From an uncultured Clostridium sp. (GTDB lineage: Bacteria > Bacillota > Clostridia > TANB77 > CAG-508), in assembly GCA_947165355.1 (NCBI GenBank), contig CAMUZZ010000004.1, forward strand, positions 1 to 54,573: a stretch of DNA of 54,573 nt. Reading direction: 5' to 3'. The notes under the pieces are model-generated. The model saw nothing but the letters and a program-made list of their open reading frames with translations. It was not told where the DNA came from and did not search any database. Below, piece by piece: positions 50,358 to 54,573 of the stretch. Position 1 is the stretch's first letter. The number at the start of each line of letters is the position of its first letter. The position numbers were made by a program, and so were the translations under genes.

Positions 50358-51050
50358 ATGAGTAAATTAACCCAAACCATAAGGAATAAACTACTAGAAA
50401 AACAAGATATAAAGTACAGAGAATTTCATAAATCGTTATGTACTACTTCTAAATACAATATGATAGGAGTACGAACTCCCGAAACAAAGAAAATTGCTAA
50501 TGAGTTTAATATCGAAGATATCGAAAGCTACATATTCGACAAAGATATTAAATATTACGAAGAAGTTCTTTTAAGAGGATTTTTAATTGTTAACAAAAAG
50601 AATAACTTAGAAGCGGTATTTAAATATTTAAAGTATTTTATTCCTATGATTGATAATTGGGCAATATGCGATGGCACATGTGCTAGTTTAAAGATAACTA
50701 AAAAGCACGAGGATGAAATGTGGGACTTTTTACAAAACTATATTGTATCTAGTAAAGAGTTTGAAATAAGGTTTGCTTTGGTAATGTACCTAAACTACTA
50801 TACAAACACAAAGTATTTAAAAGAAATTTTCAAACAAATAGATAACATAAAAAATGAAGAGTACTATGTAAAAATGGCTATCGCTTGGCTTGTTGCAGAG
50901 GCATACGCACGTAATAGCACAGAAACTCTGAAATATATAAAAAAATCCAAACTTGAAACTTGGACCTTTAACAAAGCTATTCAAAAAATAAGAGAATCAT
51001 ACAGAGTATCTGAAGAAGACAAAGAAATGCTAAACAAAATGAAAAAATAG
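50358..51050 (+). CDS. DNA alkylation repair protein (AlkD-like)
   Basis: IGVRTP, IDNWAICD, EFEIRFA, YYVKMAIAW, NKAIQKIRES. Confidence 0.9.
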   Translation: MSKLTQTIRNKLLEKQDIKYREFHKSLCTTSKYNMIGVRTPETKKIANEFNIEDIESYIFDKDIKYYEEVLLRGFLIVNKKNNLEAVFKYLKYFIPMIDNWAICDGTCASLKITKKHEDEMWDFLQNYIVSSKEFEIRFALVMYLNYYTNTKYLKEIFKQIDNIKNEEYYVKMAIAWLVAEAYARNSTETLKYIKKSKLETWTFNKAIQKIRESYRVSEEDKEMLNKMKK

Positions 51051-51061
51051 GAGGAATCAAA

Positions 51062-51532
51062 ATGAAAAAAAAGAGTGAGTTTATGAAAAAGAAAACTATT
51101 ATAGGAATAATTATTATAGCAGCCTTACTTATATTTACTGGTTGTGGAAATAAAAATGCTGATAATTCAAAAAACAAATCAAAAAGTGACCCTAACTCAA
51201 TAGTAGGTACATACGAACTAGAAGAGCTAAAAGCTGAAGGAGTAGTAATTAATGCTCAAGATTGGAAAAGAGCAACAACACTGGAATATTCATTAGAAGT
51301 AAAATCCGACAATACAGCAGCCGAAACAATGAATTTTAAAGAAAATATGAATGGTAAAGATATGTCTGAAACATCTTACTATACATACGATGGTGAATAC
51401 TTCTATGGAACAAATAACGAAGGAACTGAAGAAGGAAAAACATACTACAAATACGAATATAAAGACAATACGTTAACATTAAACTTAGTTAACAGCAAGC
51501 ACGATGACTGCTATGTTTATAAAAAGAAATAA
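51062..51532 (+). CDS. Lipoprotein, lipocalin-like
   Basis: FTGC lipobox; IVGTYEL...YVYKKK. Confidence 0.8.
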   Translation: MKKKSEFMKKKTIIGIIIIAALLIFTGCGNKNADNSKNKSKSDPNSIVGTYELEELKAEGVVINAQDWKRATTLEYSLEVKSDNTAAETMNFKENMNGKDMSETSYYTYDGEYFYGTNNEGTEEGKTYYKYEYKDNTLTLNLVNSKHDDCYVYKKK

Positions 51533-51545
51533 AAGGAGTATATTT

Positions 51546-52166
51546 ATGAAAACAAAACTTCTGTTTGCAACAAATAACAACTTTAAATTTGCTCTAATGA
51601 AAAAAAGATTACAAGTATTTGATTCTATAGAGCTAATTTCACCTAAAACACTAGGTATACAAATAAATGTTATTGAAAACGGAAAAACAGCTGAAGAGAA
51701 CTCTATAAAAAAAGCAACCGCCTACTATAATGCAACAAAAATACCAACCATTGCAGAGGATGCAGGTCTTTATATAGATAAATTCAAAGATGAAGAACAA
51801 CCAGGATTATTTGTAAAGAGAATAAATGGTAAAGAAGGATTATCTGATAGAGAAATTTTCAATTACTACCTTAATAAAATAAAAGATTATGGTGGAAGCA
51901 GTAAAGCTCACTATTATACAGGAGTTGCAATAGTAGACTCAAATGGAACAGTTCATTCCGACACATTTAACGAAACAGAGTTTTTATTAACTTCTGAAGT
52001 GTGCCCAATTAAAAGTATTGATGGTGGAATACTAGAACCTATGAGCTTTGATATAGAAGCGAATAAATACTTTAATGAAAGAACATCCACAGAAGAAGAT
52101 CATCATTATGAGGAACTAAATATGAGATACAGACAACTAATAAAACAATACATAATTAATGCGTAG
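51546..52166 (+). CDS. Divergent Ham1/ITPase-like pyrophosphatase
   Basis: LFATNNNFK, ENGKTAEENSIKKA, AEDAGLYI, QPGLFVKR. Lacks the SHR motif. Confidence 0.8.
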   Translation: MKTKLLFATNNNFKFALMKKRLQVFDSIELISPKTLGIQINVIENGKTAEENSIKKATAYYNATKIPTIAEDAGLYIDKFKDEEQPGLFVKRINGKEGLSDREIFNYYLNKIKDYGGSSKAHYYTGVAIVDSNGTVHSDTFNETEFLLTSEVCPIKSIDGGILEPMSFDIEANKYFNERTSTEEDHHYEELNMRYRQLIKQYIINA

Positions 52167-52220
52167 CTTTAGTTGTAACAAGTAATAATATAAATAACTA
52201 GGAGGAAATATGGAATAGTA

Positions 52221-52475
52221 TTGCCAAATGTTAGAATAGGTAATAATTGCATTATAGGTGCTGGATCTGTAGTAACCAAAGACATCCCAGATAATTCTGT
52301 TGCAGTTGGAAACCCTTGTAAAGTTATAGGAAATACGGACGAATATTTAAATAAACATAAAGCTAGAATGGAAACAAACCCAGTATTTAGTATGGATTTT
52401 AGAACATTTACAGATAGTGAAAGAGAAGAACAGTTTGAGATACTAAAAAACGGCGGAATAGGATATAACGATTAA
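52221..52475 (+). pseudogene. C-terminal fragment of a hexapeptide-repeat acyltransferase
   Basis: [36 protein letters not shown]. The N-terminal half is absent, and the RBS-proximal ATG (52210) is out of frame and stops after two codons. Confidence 0.7.
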
Positions 52476-52483
52476 ATAACATG

Positions 52484-52515
52484 AAAAGACGCTGATATTA
52501 ATATCAGCGTCTTTT
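52484..52515. terminator. Bidirectional terminator
   Basis: Perfect 32-bp palindrome AAAAGACGCTGATATTAATATCAGCGTCTTTT between convergent genes. Confidence 0.85.
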
Positions 52516-52531
52516 AGTGTGAATACAATTG

Positions 52532-53416
52532 TTATTCACGGTTAACAGGTAAGCAATAAATATTCGAAAGTTCGTTTCTGAATTTGTCATGGAGACTGTA
52601 GAAGTATCCTCTGAGCCGGCGTTCATAGTCTTTTTTGAAGAATTCTGCATCTTCGTTGGTAACAAAATTCAACTTTACAAAATGTTTAACTGCGAAGTTA
52701 CATGCAAGAAGAAAGTCAATACTTCTTTTTTTAGCGTGTTCATAGCAAGCTTCATTTGAGAGACTATTTTTGTTGTTACATTCGTAGTTATATCCCACAT
52801 AATCTATTGTAGTAACTTTATTGCTGTTGGCAATAAGAAGCGGAACATATGCAACATCTCCAAAATGTCGAAACTCTGGCATACTCACAGTTTTTGAGAA
52901 AAGAGTTTTTCTAAAGGCAAAAAGCCAAAAGAGAGCATATTTTTTTCCTGGTCCAGCCCATTGTTTAATAGCATCTACTCCAGATATTAGCTTACATACA
53001 TTTGTCATACAGTTATGTCTGTTGTGATCCTTATGCTTCTCATCATTCAGAAGGTTAACCTGATATCTAATAACATCCAAGTCTGGATAAGCTATCAGAG
53101 TATCAGCTATCTTTCTGAACAAGAGCGGGGTAATTGAATCATCAGAATCAACAAAAACAATAAATTTTCCTGATGCAAGTTTTACCCCGATAGACCGAGC
53201 AACAGATACACCTCTGTTTGGAAAAGTGTATGCACTCACACAATTGGGATATTTTGTCGCATACTTTTGAGCAATTTCATAGCTGTTGTCGGTTGAACCG
53301 TCATCAATAAGGATGATTTCATAATCAGTGAAATCTTTCTGATTGATGATACTGTCGATACAGTTTTCAAGCGTTTCCGAAGCGTTGTAAATCGGAACAA
53401 TCACACTGATTAACAT
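52532..53416 (-). CDS. Glycosyltransferase family 2
   Basis: ISVIVPIYN, IDDGSTDNS, NRGVSVARSIG, FVDSDD. AAAGGGG RBS before ATG 53416; TTGACT-17-TATGCT promoter at 53525-53497. Confidence 0.92.
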   Translation of the reverse strand: MLISVIVPIYNASETLENCIDSIINQKDFTDYEIILIDDGSTDNSYEIAQKYATKYPNCVSAYTFPNRGVSVARSIGVKLASGKFIVFVDSDDSITPLLFRKIADTLIAYPDLDVIRYQVNLLNDEKHKDHNRHNCMTNVCKLISGVDAIKQWAGPGKKYALFWLFAFRKTLFSKTVSMPEFRHFGDVAYVPLLIANSNKVTTIDYVGYNYECNNKNSLSNEACYEHAKKRSIDFLLACNFAVKHFVKLNFVTNEDAEFFKKDYERRLRGYFYSLHDKFRNELSNIYCLPVNRE

Positions 53417-53628
53417 GGTGTACAACCCCTTTCATAAATTCAAAAAGTATCCAAAACATAATGCTTCCTGTGCAACCAAAGATTAATACAATCTATAGCA
53501 TATCACTTTTTTTATGTAAAGTCAAACAAAACTATTTTGTATTTATGTTTTGATAACATAATTGTTTTTACAGTTAAAGTATGATAATATTATGTTATTA
53601 CATAATAAGATAATATAAGAGGTAAAAT

Positions 53629-54154
53629 ATGAAAAGAAAATTTGCAGATTTAAAAAATATAAAAGATATTATTCAAAGTGATTTTACATTTAAATACATA
53701 GAAGATGATACTTTCAAAGGATATATCGCTTTAGTAACTATAAAAAAAGTATCCAAAGCATGGAAAGTCGATACAGAAAAAAGATGCATTTTAGATAATG
53801 GTTACTCTTGGTTTGAAATGTATCCAATTGAAAAAAATTATTCAATAACGGCAATGTGCGATGAAAAAAACAGAATAAAAGAATGGTATTTTGATATAAG
53901 CAAACAAAATGGTATAGAAAATGGCATACCTTTTGAAGATGATTTATATCTTGACGTTGTTGTAGTGCCAGATGGAAAAATCAATATTCTGGATGAATAC
54001 GAATTATTAGATGCTGAAAAAAAACGGTTTAATTACGAAAAGTGATGTTGAACTTGCATACAAAACAAAAGAAGAAATTATAGAAACGTATGGAAATAAC
54101 ATTGAAAAATTAAGTAAACTAACTAACAAATATTTTAATTTAATTAATAATTAG
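53629..54154 (+). pseudogene. DUF402 family protein with a frameshift at the A8-CGG site (54017-54027)
   Basis: WYFDI and DDLYLDVVV.PDG...ILDE.EL motifs. The expected C-terminus GLITKSDVELAY... continues in the +1 frame to TAG 54154. Confidence 0.75.
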
Positions 54155-54573
54155 GGAAAAATATACATATATTCAAATATTGGACTTTAAAAGACTCGGC
54201 ATAAGGCGGAGTCTTTTTAATATTTACATAAAAAAGTGATATAATAATATATATATAGTTTTTTTGTTGTGCAAATATCATAATTGATTAGCACAAATTT
54301 ACAATTCAATTTTGTGCAAAGTTTTAAAAATTTATGATTTTTTATAAAACGAACATTAAAATTAGCTTTGCATAAGATATCTGTAACTCACTACGTTCGA
54401 ACAGCTAATCTTAAAAAACCGAACATTTGTTAAATAATTTTTGTTTGTTTTAAATTGCAGATTTTTAATTCCAGTTTGTAAATTTAATTTATAATTATTA
54501 AGCTTGAAAATCAATTTTAAGACATTTTATATTTAAACCTAACAAGTTATTCATTTATAATTTTAAATATTGT

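Noticed and set aside
460-53027. Numerous minus-strand and nested short ORFs in the ORF track
   Set aside because: They are antisense or alternate-frame shadows of well-supported genes, without RBS or recognisable motifs.

Overview
AT-rich, Clostridia-like chromosomal segment from a probable spore former. Almost every gene is on the + strand. Housekeeping content includes an acyl-CoA ligase (5' partial), rdgB, rusA, a class A PBP, polC, T-box-controlled glyQS, ppdK, dGTPase, asd-dapA-dapB, rubrerythrin, spoVFB, birA and pta. It also carries a fatty-acid synthesis cluster (fabD-fabG-fabF-accB-fabZ-accC-[4xHTH gene]-accD-accA-fabI), TetR, surface proteins, a Xer-family recombinase and several transferases and hydrolases. 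No rRNA, tRNA, CRISPR array or transposase was seen. The most interesting structure is outside the annotated genes: (1) a co-oriented ~40-bp repeat (core GGGGACGGAGC) at the stop codons of five genes, which in dapA supplies the C-terminus; (2) self-contained promoter-ORF-terminator orphan cassettes between core genes, two of which encode distant paralogues of an unrecognised ~77-aa protein; (3) a 42-bp direct repeat upstream of birA and pta; (4) a DnaA-box cluster away from any dnaA gene; (5) two long palindromic MITE- or ncRNA-like elements; (6) a single in-frame TGA in otherwise intact fabF and a frameshifted DUF402 gene flanked by inverted repeats. All family calls come from motif recognition by eye, not database searches.
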